Assembly: GCA_964016885.1 (NCBI GenBank)
Contig: OZ024740.1
Coordinates: 334,304,001-334,368,000 of the forward strand
Origin: Eledone cirrhosa
Lineage: Eukaryota
DNA: 64,000 nucleotides
Direction of reading: 5' to 3'
Shown here: positions 48,022 to 62,415 of the stretch, piece after piece
Position numbering within the stretch: position 1 is the stretch's first letter
Layout: every line of letters begins with the position of its first letter
Position numbers and translations under genes: made by a program
Notes under the pieces: model-generated
Databases searched by the model: none
What the model saw: the letters and a program-made list of their open reading frames with translations, nothing else
Told to the model about the DNA's origin: nothing

Positions 48022-48253
48022 TAAAACAGAAAACAAAAACAATATATGTAGATAGATAGATATATAAAACTAAGAAACTTATAAAAATCAAGTCTGAGAA
48101 AATCACAGACTTGCGCCATATCACCTGCAGACAAAACTCATATTTTCTTATGAATAGCTCCGAGCATTTATTAAAAATTAGAAGTCGTTTGACATATATT
48201 ATATATATATATGGAAGAAATAAGATTTCACTTCAAGCATAGCTTTATACAAT

Positions 48254-48757
48254 ATGTATTGAAATTTCGTATTTCTAAAGAAATGCTGTTTTAGGACACC
48301 TTCGCTAACGCCCTCTGGTGGTGTCCAGCAGAAACAGGGGGACAACTATCTACGCATTTCGGGCTTAACTGGCCATGGTCAGGACGGTCCCTCCCACCGC
48401 TTGCGAATGCTGGACTGGAAAACAGGCGAGAATATATAGTTTTCTCGTCTGTGTAAATGAGGTGATTAATCTCATTTGCATATAAAGTTGCATAAGTTGG
48501 CTCAGCTTCATATGCAAATAAGATTAATCACCTCATTTACACAGACGAGAAAACTATATATTCTCAACTGTTTTCAATTCCAACAGTGGCAAGCGGTGGG
48601 AGGAAATGTCCTGACGAAGACCAGTCATACCTGAAATGCATAGACGGTTGTTCCCCTGCTTCTGCTGGACACCACCAGAGGGCGTCAGCCTTGGTGCTTG
48701 CATTACTACGGCTTCCTAAAACCGTATTGTTTTAGAAATACGAAATTTCTGTACATA
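48254..48757. mobile_element. Fold-back palindrome (~240-bp arms) of a Penelope-type terminus
   Basis: Arms are diverged reverse complements centred at ~48495. Confidence 0.85.
48604..48649 (+). ncRNA. Minimal type-I hammerhead ribozyme (mirror ~48343-48390 has G8C)
   Basis: aaatgtc CTGACGA ag..ct GAAA tgca TA gacggtt. Palindromic stem III ATGCAT. Confidence 0.65.
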
Positions 48758-49199
48758 TATATATACATACATAAACACATATCAAACAATGACGGGATAA
48801 TTTGTAAAGGGTGTAAGAACACATAGTTACAGAAGTATCATATTCAAATTTAACGAAAACCTCACATACTCACATATATACCTGCCGATTATAATCAGTT
48901 TCCTTCATACATATTCCATTATATCAGAAATATGTTTCACCATTAAAAATCTACCCCCCCCCCCCACACACACACACATACACACACACACATATATATA
49001 TATTTGTTTACTTCACTGATGAAACATATTTCTACAGCTTCAATGTAAATATTACACACCCTTTCATAATTTCTACTTCAAGGCAAATATACTAAATTTA
49101 CTTATGTCTCAATGTAATCAAAATTAATTTGTTAGACATATGCTTTTCAAATGCACATTTGAATTAACTTTCAAAATTCCCGAGAATCTCCCTCAAATA

Positions 49200-50060
49200 C
49201 ACTAACTTTTTATTATCTCGGTGTAAATTAAATTTCTTTCTTTCCCGTATGTTTTTTTTATTATTAAACATGAAACAACGCCAAATTTTCTTAAAATCTC
49301 TTTTTTAGCGCAAATGCACCGATGAAAATGCCGTATCTGATAACTTTCTTCATATCCCTGACGTACCACATGCTTTAAAATGTGTTTTAACTTCTTCCGT
49401 AAAAAAACTGGTTGCATATTTTAACGTAACCTATATTTTGATTGTAAAACTCGTTGTATCCTGAATATATCGGTGGAGAAATAGATGCCAACTGCAACTA
49501 AGCTAGCGTAAAACTAAAACCCTAAGTTTTATAGCAGACGTTTGTCACTATCATACCACCTTCTTTTCCGATAGTGGCGTCTAAATAGTTAACCTTGCTA
49601 TCATCACATCCAATCCTATTTCCTTCTAAACTCTTCGGATAGATATTGTGCAGTAAAACCTCAAACTGCACGTATTTAGGAACAAATGCATCCTCAATAC
49701 AGCGACAACGTTCTCCCAACTGCTTAATTACGCCTATTCCCCTAAGCTTCGTCCCATGATAGCCAAACTCACAGGAAGATAAATATAAATCTGCTAGGCC
49801 CGTGCTACAGCTTCCGACTTCCTGAAAACATTACCTGCGAATGCAATGTAAACATTATTTACTATAAACAGGACAGCCCGTAAGAGCTTATCATTTGTCC
49901 AATTAATGTACCCATTGTACCTTATTCTAGACACGAAGACATTTTCTTTCCCTGGTAGAAACGTATTTAAACTATTTCGAAAACTATGCTTAATATGCTA
50001 CCCACTCTGTCCTCAACTAAACCCAGCTTCAAACTATGTTCTACTTTATGTATTTTATTT
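49200..50060 (-). mobile_element. Decayed PLE RT remnant, probably Naiad/Chlamys clade
   Basis: Minus frames: FIVNNVYIAFAGNVF, CSTGLADLYLSSCE (cf. NCAPLLADLFLYSYE), RCIED..NIYPKSLE..VNYLDATI, TNVCYK..FSF. Confidence 0.55.
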
Positions 50061-51020
50061 CATGTTTCCTTGCAGTGCTACTGCCTTTTATGTGCGTAGG
50101 TTACTTCAGCTAGGTAACTGCAGTAAGGACAATTATTAATGTTAACTTATTTCGGAAGAGAAATAGTAGAGGCATTGCATTAACATCATTTGAGATTTGA
50201 TGTTAAAATATGCAAACTCTTGACACGTTTTAGAAAAGTGAAAAATCGTTGAGTTGGTCATCAAGTTCGAAATATGAACGCGAACAATAGACATGACTAT
50301 ACTCTGATAGCTTGTCCAGCGCTCTGCTGATTTTATTTTGCTAACCTGCTGTCCTTGTAATATTAGTATTGATCGTAGGATATAATGCCCATATCTTTCA
50401 AGTGTTTTGTTAGTTGAAGTAGTGTCATTGAGGTTATTTATTTTCCCGATTGAATGTGAATAATTGATAAACGTCACAGCATGTTCTGCCTTCACTACAA
50501 TATCATAAGAAGAGGGAATGCTGGTAAGATCTCTCTACGGATTTTGATGAGACGATAAGTCCATTGATTTCCTGACTTTTCATATCGATTTGATTTCAAA
50601 TCTTCATTGCATTGAAGAGGTTAAATCGAAGGCAAGAGATTTAGCTGTTTGAACTTTTGGCGATTTCTAAATAGGTTTATAGGAAATAGCTATTTCTGTA
50701 TCTATTTCCTCGGAGGAATAATTTTGATGAATATAGAGTTAAGAAAAAGTATACTCCTTTTGTGGCTGGGGTACATTTGGTGATGGGTATTTCCTTTGTG
50801 ATGTAAGATAGGTTCGTAGCTTGGGGTAGAGTAGTTAAAGGGATTACGACAGATAAATGTATTTTATTTAATTTATATTCTCTACATGAAATATGTAGAT
50901 GAACGGAACGTAAGTATATATATGCAAAGTATAAGGGTATTCATGTTTTCGGTAAACTCTGAATACCTTCAATGTTAATTAACTGAATTACTTTTCCTTG
51001 ATACCGCCTTAAGAGAGCCG

Positions 51021-51124
51021 AAAGTCACCTGCCTCATTCATGGAACTTATATCGAATGTTCATTCCCATCTAAAAGTCACCTGCCTCATTCATGGAACTT
51101 ATATCGAATGTTCATTCCCATCTA
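51021..51124. repeat. Perfect 52-bp tandem duplication
   Basis: aaagtcacctgcctcattcatggaacttatatcgaatgttcattcccatcta x2. Confidence 0.95.
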
Positions 51125-53032
51125 GTTTATATAAAAAAATCATAAAATATTATTGTTTAATCTTCTCAAAATTTTCGTAAGTTATATGCATAGAAGTACG
51201 TACCTCCATAAAAACATATTTATTCACATATGTATTCATTTGATAAGTGAAACCGAATACGGCAAAGTTACTTCGTCTAAAATGAACATTATGTTTTCTT
51301 CAGGCAGTTCCCTAAAGATATAGATGTTGCGTGTTTCGAATGTGTACAGATAACTGTGATTGAAATCCACTCGGTTGACTATGTATGTAGACAGACAGTT
51401 TTGGTTTTCGTGTTGTTTATTATTAAAATAAATCTGATAGACGAAAGAAGCTGAAGTTAGGGCTTTTATGAAAATATTAGATCTCTAACATTTGATGTAT
51501 ATACTATTTTCATTAAAGGCAGTGTATGTTTTGACAGAGAATGTGCAGCTCTTTTATGTATATGGAATTATTACTTAGATACACTTCCGTTGTTTTGTCA
51601 GTATCGTTACATATATTTGATTCCACAGAAACAGTACGGCACTGCCAAAGGCAATCGTTATCGTAATGTAAGAAATGTAAAGAATATTACGCAGCTTACG
51701 ACGTGAAATGTCTACTACATTTCAATAAGCTCTTTCAAAATCACAACGAAAGATATTTCTTCTGAAAACGTCATTGTTCGAAGTAATGATTCATTTATAA
51801 TACTAAATACAGGTTCTCGTAAAAATGCATGCATTAACATGTGCAACGGCAATGAGTTTTTACTGACAACTGCTTGCAAGGCCGACTACTGTGTGCTTGA
51901 GTGCCTTTAGCGGCATCAGAATATTTGCAGATTAACTTTGACAAATCTGATAGTTTGTTTATTTTAGAGAATGACAATAATGGATGTCAAAATAATTATA
52001 TATCTTTTCATGCTTAGCTAAGCATTTAACGGTTGTGCGTTTACTATTTGACCATAAAGAAAGGAAGCCAATATATTTTAGTGGTTAATAATAACCGTAG
52101 TTATATAATCATGCTAGAGTGGGCTTAGATCGCAAGCATAGAACAACTTAAACTAAAATTTGCTTCATTTATGTCAATGTAATGACAAACATTTATAATT
52201 TAAATTTGACAACACTTTAACAACTCTCTGAGCACAAAAATACAGTTGCATTATTTGCTATTAAGATCATTGCTGTGTAGTAACAATATTGTTTCCAATT
52301 TAGAAGATGTAAAATATATTTACGCTAATATGTCGATATATGCCAACATTAATTCGAACAAGTTAATGTATTTATATATTTTCAATTCATTTTAGCAATT
52401 ACACGCGTGAAGCATTGAAATGCAAAATGCACGTATTTGAGGTTACTATGTTTTCATTTTATTATATTTATTCTTTTAATAGAGATATGGAAATCTTTTG
52501 ACTAGTTACACATGACCCACCCCTTATTCCTGACCTTAATTAATTTGTAATTTCGACAAAAAATTCAAAAGAATCGAGTAAAATAGAATTGACACAGGCC
52601 ATCTAATTATAAATTTATCGACCGTTTCGCAACTTAATTAATCCCTATATTTTGCTTTCTGTCCAGAAACGGAAGTTGAAAGTGAATCTTTTAATTTAGT
52701 TTTACTCCAAGCTTTAATTACAAAAATAATAGTTTTTGTAATTACATGTCAGTACATTCTTACCTTTGTGGAATGATATGAAATTATTTTCTAATAGAAA
52801 TCTTGTATAGTTTTCACACATCATTTCGACGTCGTTCAGTTACAGGGTGTGGCAACTCTTACGTTAAATATCACAAGTAAACGAGCGTTTTCAATGTTCC
52901 ACACATTTTCTTTTTGTTCTTATTAATGAAATGTAATCAAAGTGAAGCAACATAGCATGATTAACGGCCTTTGATGTGTAACTAAATTTAATGGTGGCAT
53001 ATCGATTAAATCTCTTCAATTTTATATGTATT

Positions 53033-53115
<83 letters not shown>

Positions 53116-53134
53116 ATATGTATCTATGTGTGTG

Positions 53135-53166
<32 letters not shown>

Positions 53167-53322
53167 GATGTATCTGTATATATATATATAAACATATAAA
53201 CATATATGTATGCAATTGCACACACATACACACATGCACGCACACACACACACACACACACACACGCATGTATATGTATGTATATATGTATATGTATGTA
53301 TATATGTATATATATATATATG

Positions 53323-53379
<57 letters not shown>

Positions 53380-55966
53380 CTATAAATATACATCTATATC
53401 CATTGATACCTTTTGTTTATCCTGTTTATATTCCATACATTTATTCATCTTTACCTAGTCTCAATAGCTATTAATTTATTACATAACATAATCAATTGAA
53501 AATACAGAAGCTGATCATCTCATGATGAGCGTAATAAAATGAAGTTTACAATGACATCCTATGAGCTCATAATGTGATACACTAAATAAAGCGTAAATAA
53601 TTATATAATATAAAGTTAATAACAATTATCTATGATACGAACATAAATCTATTGTTAAGGGTGAATTCGACAAAAATATATTTGTGATTTTCATTTCGCA
53701 TTTTTGAAACTGGCAATTGAAAACGGAAAAGATATTTGTGGGAATTGTGACATTTATAGCGATGTGTGAATGTGTGAACCAGATCTTATTTCCACGTATA
53801 TAGGTTTTTGTTTAGATATTCTTTCACTCGTGCAATAATTGTATTCCTCGATTACATGTATTACTCGATTTCGTACATGTATGCATTACAAAATGTGTAA
53901 ATGTTCATTCGATGAGATTCAGATGAATAATTTTGTAGGGTTTCACAAATGTCCATGTTATCACAAAATTAAAGTGATTGTGATGATGCCAGCCAATATT
54001 TTTCCTTCCTATTTAATATCCTAGCAATTCAAGGATTCCTCGCAGATCTATTAGTACAAACTCCAGTCCATATAAAACGCTAGCCATAAATGAAAAGCTA
54101 CATCTCTGATATGCGAGCTGTAAGTTCTTATATATATCATTATATACAATCTTTTCTTCCATTTAAGACGTGAAATTAATATACACTAGACACACGAATA
54201 TAACAAGACTGCACTTGAGTATTGGATTCTTGTCCTTGTCTCATAAAACTATAACAGTACTGTTGTGTTTGCATAATATTGTTGTTTTAGTGGAACGTTT
54301 AAAGATGTATTCATATTCTAGAATCATCGAATCTTTCTTTGTCCGTCTGAATATCCATTCCGTCTGGGAGTTTTATAAATGATTCTGGTCACATTGCTGT
54401 ATCACACAAGAAGCCATTTCGATGCAGGCAGTTTAGGACAAGTGCAGATGATATTTTTAACTCCTTCCATACTGATTTGCTTCAATCAATTTTACTCTAT
54501 CCCAATGTTGGAGTGCAGAGGCATGATTGTCTTTCTTGCGTATCAAAAATATATTTGAAATAACCTTTCCGTAAATAGCAAAGATATGCCGTAGTAGTAT
54601 GAAGCTTCTATTACAGGTCCAAGAGAGCCTTGTATTCCTGACATGTAATACTGTAGATGTAATACTGTATGATATTGAAGTAGATCAGTAAGCTAACCAT
54701 GGAGCATATGGAATGCTTGTATATTCAAAATACCTTTCCAGGCGTTATTCGTTTATTCTCAGAATGTTCTTTTCAAAGTTATGCGAATATGTGATTTGCT
54801 TGGTTTTCATTTTATTGTTCAGTCGGTCTTGTGAGAGTGATGCATAACAACGCCCAAAAGCAGTTGGGGTTGTTGTGCATGCACAAACCCGCGCGGATGC
54901 ATACACAATATAGCGCTTAATTTCTAATATGGCGAGATTTAGCTTTCTAGATTATCCTCAAATCTGAACCATATTTATAACCATGGTACGATCTGTTCAA
55001 TCTTTTATATCGTGTATCGTGTATTGTCAAGAAATTTGTAAATCTTCGATTACATAGTTATTTGTTATCACTTTAGACCGAGATATCAGATATATATGAT
55101 ATATTTGGCTCATTTTCAAATCAATATCAATAAATGTATCTTATTCATTGTATCAAACATTTAATAAATTTAATTTATTCGAATATTACAAGCAAAATGT
55201 AACGGGAAAAGTCGCTATTATGCTTCACATGTAATCATACATAAAAATAGTCAAATATTAACTGAATGTGCAATAATTATACAAAAATGGAATAGTTTGA
55301 CAGATATTTCAAATCTCCGCTCCACTCGGCATCGTTATGCTACATACGTAACCACATAAACGCGCGCACCCATACACTCCCACACATACACACACGCACA
55401 TATTTATTCGTCAATATACCGATATTATCATTCAATGGTTTGAAACGATCGTACAGCAATGGACTGAACAAATCAGTAAAGCTCGACTACTTTATTTACA
55501 ATGGTCGACCTATATATATAAACAACAGGAGGGGCCGGACTGGGGATATATTTTAGAGTTTTAATGTTGCAAAAAGCAGTGCATACATTTCAATTGCCTG
55601 GCTGCATAAGACCTTGGTGACATCAGTTAGTGTGGATTGTATTATTAGTTAATCAATAAAAGGAATTACGGCAAACACACACGCATAATATAGAAACTAT
55701 TTAATTCGGAGATGGCCAGCGAAATCGTTGTTTTCGTTGCGGCAGACGATATCGGAATAAAAGAATATCCTCAGTCCGGCCACCTATTGTTTTAATAGTA
55801 TTAATATTTAACTCGGTTCTGCACCAGGCACAGTTTTCCCATCAACGATGAACGAGTTGCATAGAGTAGAATGTTTTCTTACTATTGCATCACGGTTAAC
55901 TAAGCAGAAGTTTTACACCATTGGTGAACCACAAAACATAAATAAATATATATATATACATACAAC

Positions 55967-56084
<118 letters not shown>

Positions 56085-57422
56085 TGTGTATGTGTGTGTA
56101 TAATGTAATATAATGCCCTACTCACATCTAGCTGATGCACCAAATAAAGGAAAACTATTTCAAATTCTGTGACAATCAGTCAGAGAGACTATTGCTCGAG
56201 AGATATTTAGGTTTATAAACTTCCCATGTATTTCCATATTTGTCGGCTCACATCGATAGCTACCAAATTGTGTCTGTTTATTAATATTTGATTCTTATCA
56301 ACATAAAAGTTAAACATGCCAACATTTTCAATACATCTAGATTGTGAGTGGCTTATATTTGTTTGAAAATGTGTAAATACATTTGTTCACTTCTCATTAT
56401 CTTAAATAAACCTGAATATATATTTTTTTTTAAAAGGATATTAGTGTTTAGAACAAATTATATCCAAGTGAGCCTCATCATCGGAATATTTTCGTGTTGA
56501 CACAGTTAAATATAGTCTTGGAACCCATTTGCATAAATCAGGTTTCATTATATAGCAGTGAATTGACGGAATCTTTAGAGAAAACTAATGGCTTGTCTAT
56601 CTTGATAACATATAATCTTAAGATATTTGCTGAATTCGTGATTTTTGATATTATGTTTCTAAATTGAACTTTTCCTGTCAAATATAATTATTACATATAT
56701 CAATAGTCATGTGGATAGAACGTTGGTTGATATTAAGAGATCAATGACTTCTGTATTATTTTCTAGCATAAGGTATACGGTGGTTTATAGTGAGGTCCTG
56801 CAAATGATTAGATAGGTCATTTCTATTTCTACACTGACATCAGGAGACTTACTATGCTAATCAGACGGTCATTAAGGTGCATTTTCGTTACGTTTATAAA
56901 GCTCAATCTTTAAATCTACAGAAAATTATATATAATAGTTACACTATTCTGCCCCAGATTTTCTTTCTATAAATAATATACGCAATTATTGTGTTTAATA
57001 TGTCATTATATAAGTGAGGCGTTTAGCGATTTGCAAAAGAAATTAAAATCACATTATGAATACCAGATTACCATGATAGTATGGATATGATGAGAGTTTA
57101 TTTTACTTTTTATGAGACGGTTGCTGTCCCAAAATATTTAGGTTCGTCTGACCAAAATCAGATATCGTTGCAGTGATATTTAAGCAGTGATATATATTTG
57201 GAACTTTGCGACTATATCCAATACGTCCAGTGAGGACATAGACATAAAGGCTGACCTATTGGCTAGAGACAATAGTAAGTTCCTATTGGTTGTTATTTAT
57301 GATGGGAATTGCCATATGTATTGTAGTGGTCGTAGTAGTGGACATTATGTCTAGATTCAAAATGTTCAAGTAATAGAGGGTTTATATTGTTGCATCAACT
57401 GCACCAACTGTTTCTCTGATTG

Positions 57423-57495
<73 letters not shown>

Positions 57496-57673
57496 GAGGA
57501 GGTTATAGTTCACTTGAAGCATTGTGTAATGAGGTATAAACGTTAGAATATGTGTAATAAGGCCAAGACAATGCAGATATGGACATAGAAAAAAGAATGC
57601 AATAGTGAGAGATATTGATGTGAATTCGTCTTTCACATCAATATTGTCTTGGCCTTATTACACATATTCTAAC

Positions 57674-58962
<1,289 letters not shown>

Positions 58963-59093
58963 GTGAGGTTTTTTTTACAAAATGAAAAATAACCGAGGTG
59001 TCCTACACGAGTGGAAGTATAAAGAAAAAGGGATGAAATCGAAAATGCAACTGAAGTCTTATTTTTTTTTAAAATATATATATTTATTTGGTT

Positions 59094-59131
59094 CCTTTAC
59101 CGGTTTCGCAGTTCTTCTGCTTTTCAAAAGG
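59094..59131 (-). ncRNA. Minimal hammerhead ribozyme (U3/A8 variant) in the PLE 3' UTR; inverted copy 63007-63044 (+)
   Basis: cctt UUGAAAA gcag aagaa cugc GAAA ccgg UA aagg, followed by AATAAA. Confidence 0.78.
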
Positions 59132-59620
59132 TGAGTTGAGATGGAGGGTCTGTGGTTTTTCTCACATCTGGTTGGTCTCTAAATGTTACTTGTTTTATAT
59201 GGAAAAACTGGCTCGAAGACCAGGTAATTTGATTGGTTTGTCAATAATTATAATAAATTTCGCGCCAGTTCGCGTTACAATAGTTCTTCAAATAAGAGAG
59301 GGGGGGGGGGGTTGTCACATGTTGTTTTTTCATATATGAGTGTTTGAATTTCTTTTTACTTGAAAAAATGAGGCTCACGAAGGCTGTTTTTTGGTTGGTT
59401 ATAAATGAAATTTGGCTGTCACGTGAACAAGTTTTCATTACATTTTTGCGCCCTTATTTGGAAAACTATTCTGTAGTCTTTATAGTGAATGTTATGACAA
59501 TGGAGAGATAGTGGTCAAGGGAAAAGGGATTGGGAGAAATGTTCTGGTTCAGTGAATATGGCCAGCTGTCAGAGTTCAGATTTTCTATTGAGACTGAAGA
59601 TATGTGTATATTTGTGTGCT

Positions 59621-59655
<35 letters not shown>

Positions 59656-60144
59656 ATGTGTGTATTGGAAGATGATTCTATTAGTAGAGATGGGGGAGGG
59701 AGTTGTGTGTGTGTGTATATGGGTGGTATGTGTGTGTGTGCGAGTATGTTAGATAGAGAGAATATATATTTTTTGTGTGTGTGTATATATATATGTGTGT
59801 AGGAAAGTGTTTCTATTAGTAGAAATGGGGAGGGTGTTGTAGGTGTGGGTGTTTTTATGTGTGTGTATGGGTGTTATGTGTGTGGGAGTATGGTTAGCAT
59901 GTTAAGATGAAGAGAATATATATATATATATATATATTGTGTGTGTGTATGTGTGTGTGTAGGAAAATGATTCCTTTAGTAGGAATATTTTTGAATGAAC
60001 ATATTTTCCTGACTTTTTCGTGTTTGCTGTTGTATTGCCAGTGCAAACGTATGTTTAAGGTTTATTTAGTTCGGGTTTTTATTTTCTAAAGTAGGTGTTA
60101 TGTGTGTGTGTGTATGTCATATTGTGGTGTTGACATAATGTATA

Positions 60145-62415
60145 TTAAACCTTATTTAATGTTGGTCTATATTTTTGAATAAACATATTTTCCTTATTTA
60201 TTCGCATTTGTTCTGTTGTATTGTTGGCGCAAATGTAAAATGGGAAGACTTGGAATTTGGGTGTCTTATTACTTGCGCAAATGTCTAGATGTGCACTTAG
60301 TGGTATTTGTCTCGTGGTTGGATCTCGTAATTGTTGGCGATGAACTGTCATTCTGTTTCTGAGTGTGAGTTTAGTTTGTCCTATATAATCTTCATTGCAT
60401 CCTTTACATTTAATGGCATAAATTAGATTTTTTGATGAGCAAGTGAAGTGATTTTTTACGGTAAAATTTTGTCCTGATTTAAATGTATACGTGTTGCCTT
60501 CAATGAGGTGAGTGCAGGTTCCACAATTAGAGCGACCATATTTTTTGATACTTGGTTGTGGGTTTGTGGTAGGTAATTTGGCATTGGTGAGTAATGTTTT
60601 CAGTGATTTTGGTTGTCTTTTGCTTTTGATTATTTTGTGTGTTTCAAGGGCTTTTTTCATTCTTGGGTTTTGTTTTAGTAGTGGGATGTTATTGTGAATA
60701 GTGTTGTAAGCTTCCGCATTTCTTGGGTTGTGTGTTGAGATATATGATAGAATATTGGACGTACCTTGAATTTGTTTCTGTTTCCGTAATTCATCAATGC
60801 CTATTGCTTTAGCCCTTTCTATTCCATTATTTATTAGTAATAGTGGGTACTCTCTCTCAAGTAGAATTTCCTTTAATTCTTGAAGTCTTTTATTTCGCGT
60901 TTCATAATTGGAGACAATTGTGCAAATTCTTCTTGCTAGGTTAAAAGGAATGTTCGTCTTCGTGTGCTTTGGATGGTTGGAGGTGAATAGCAGATATTGT
61001 TTGGAATCTGTTGGTTTGTAGTGTATGTCAGTTTCGATATTTGTGTCTTTTTTTGTGATTAAGATGTCCAGAAATGGGAGTTGATCTTGGCTGTATTCCA
61101 TTGTGAATTGGATGTGGTTATTGATGCCGTTTATTAAGTTTTTGAAATCCTTCAGTTGGTCGAGTGTGTGGGACCAAAGAATGAGGCAATCATCCAAGTA
61201 GCGTTTCCAATTCTCTGATAAATATTTGTGGAAGTTCAATCCGTATTTTGATTTGGACTGTTCATATATCTGGACTTCTAAGTATGCCATGACTAAGTTG
61301 GCATAAGTTGGAGCGGCTTTTGTGCCCATCGCAGTCCCCGATATTTGCTTGTAAGTATTGCCATCGAAATCAAAAAAGTTGTTCTGTAGGATGAATTTTA
61401 ATCCCTTGGTGATGAACCTTTTTTCTATTCTGTCAGGTATCTCATTGGGATATTTCTCTAGCCAGAATCCTATTGCTTCTAGTCCGTATTGGTGTGGGAT
61501 CGTTGTGTAGAGACTCACTACATCGAAAGACACAATAATAGTGTCGTTGTTGACATGTTTGGGGAGGTGGTTTAAGAGGTCCAGATCGTCTCTTACAAGG
61601 CTTGGTATGTGTTTCAGTATTGGTTTCAGTAGTATGTCTATAACGTTGCTCAATCTGTGTGTTTCACATTGTGGGCCCGCTACAATTGGTCTTAATTTAA
61701 GGTCTGTGGGGTATTGTGTGTTCACGCAGGCTGAGGTGGATTGTTTACAGGCATCGTTGATTATTTTACATTTGTGGATCTTCGGAAGTCCGTAAAGGTT
61801 GCTGGTTTTGTATTCAAAATTTGTTAAATAATCGCGTTCCTTTTTAGTTAGGTCTTCCTGGTATCGATAAATCAGTGTGTTTAATTTGGTCATTATTTTT
61901 GATTGCTGGTAGTTTTTTACTCTTTCATAGTAATTAGCATTTTGTAAGAGAAAGAACATAGAATTTTTATATTTTTCAGCCTCCATAATGACAACAGTAC
62001 TTCCCTTGTCCGCTTCCTTAATTACAATGTCCGGATTGTTTTTTAGTTCATGGATAATCTCCCATTCCCTTCGACTTGTGTTGGGTTTGGGTTTAGGTTG
62101 CGGTAGTTCATGGTATGGGAAGGTAGCTATGTGGTCACAAAATTTGTCCAGAACTCTGTTTCTACCGTTTGTTGGGTTGTAGCTGCTTTTATTCCGTACA
62201 ATTGATTCGTCGTTATTCTCCTTGTCAAAGAATTCCTCTGTGAGACGTAATTTTCTACAGAAGTGTGAGATATCGTCATTTATCTCGTTGGGGTTAGGAT
62301 ATTGTGGTGTTGGTGTGAATTTCAGACCTTTGGAGAGAATTTTCACTTGTTGGGCTGAGAAGTTTCTATTTGAAATGTAAATTATTTTCGGTTTTTCAAA
62401 ATCGGTTTGTGCCAC
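60145..62415 (-). CDS. Penelope-type reverse transcriptase with C-terminal GIY-YIG endonuclease (756 aa open; true start probably via upstream frameshift)
   Basis: LSKGLKFTPTP, IKEADKGSTVV, YGLPKIHK, LRPIV, SFDVVSLYT, GTAMGTKAAPTYANL, RYLDD, LPFLDI. Cys linker (Y)GRSNCGTC. LIYAIKCKGC.EDYIGQT..LRNRMTVH. Confidence 0.95.
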   Translation of the reverse strand: MAQTDFEKPKIIYISNRNFSAQQVKILSKGLKFTPTPQYPNPNEINDDISHFCRKLRLTEEFFDKENNDESIVRNKSSYNPTNGRNRVLDKFCDHIATFPYHELPQPKPKPNTSRREWEIIHELKNNPDIVIKEADKGSTVVIMEAEKYKNSMFFLLQNANYYERVKNYQQSKIMTKLNTLIYRYQEDLTKKERDYLTNFEYKTSNLYGLPKIHKCKIINDACKQSTSACVNTQYPTDLKLRPIVAGPQCETHRLSNVIDILLKPILKHIPSLVRDDLDLLNHLPKHVNNDTIIVSFDVVSLYTTIPHQYGLEAIGFWLEKYPNEIPDRIEKRFITKGLKFILQNNFFDFDGNTYKQISGTAMGTKAAPTYANLVMAYLEVQIYEQSKSKYGLNFHKYLSENWKRYLDDCLILWSHTLDQLKDFKNLINGINNHIQFTMEYSQDQLPFLDILITKKDTNIETDIHYKPTDSKQYLLFTSNHPKHTKTNIPFNLARRICTIVSNYETRNKRLQELKEILLEREYPLLLINNGIERAKAIGIDELRKQKQIQGTSNILSYISTHNPRNAEAYNTIHNNIPLLKQNPRMKKALETHKIIKSKRQPKSLKTLLTNAKLPTTNPQPSIKKYGRSNCGTCTHLIEGNTYTFKSGQNFTVKNHFTCSSKNLIYAIKCKGCNEDYIGQTKLTLRNRMTVHRQQLRDPTTRQIPLSAHLDICASNKTPKFQVFPFYICANNTTEQMRINKENMFIQKYRPTLNKV

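Noticed and set aside
50150-54900. Possible CR1/RTE LINE traces (~50150-50850 and ~54200-54900)
   Set aside because: Too decayed to assign by eye.
59300-60144. SECIS element or selenocysteine recoding in the Neptune element
   Set aside because: No in-frame TGA in the ORF and no convincing AUGA..AA..GA quartet seen.
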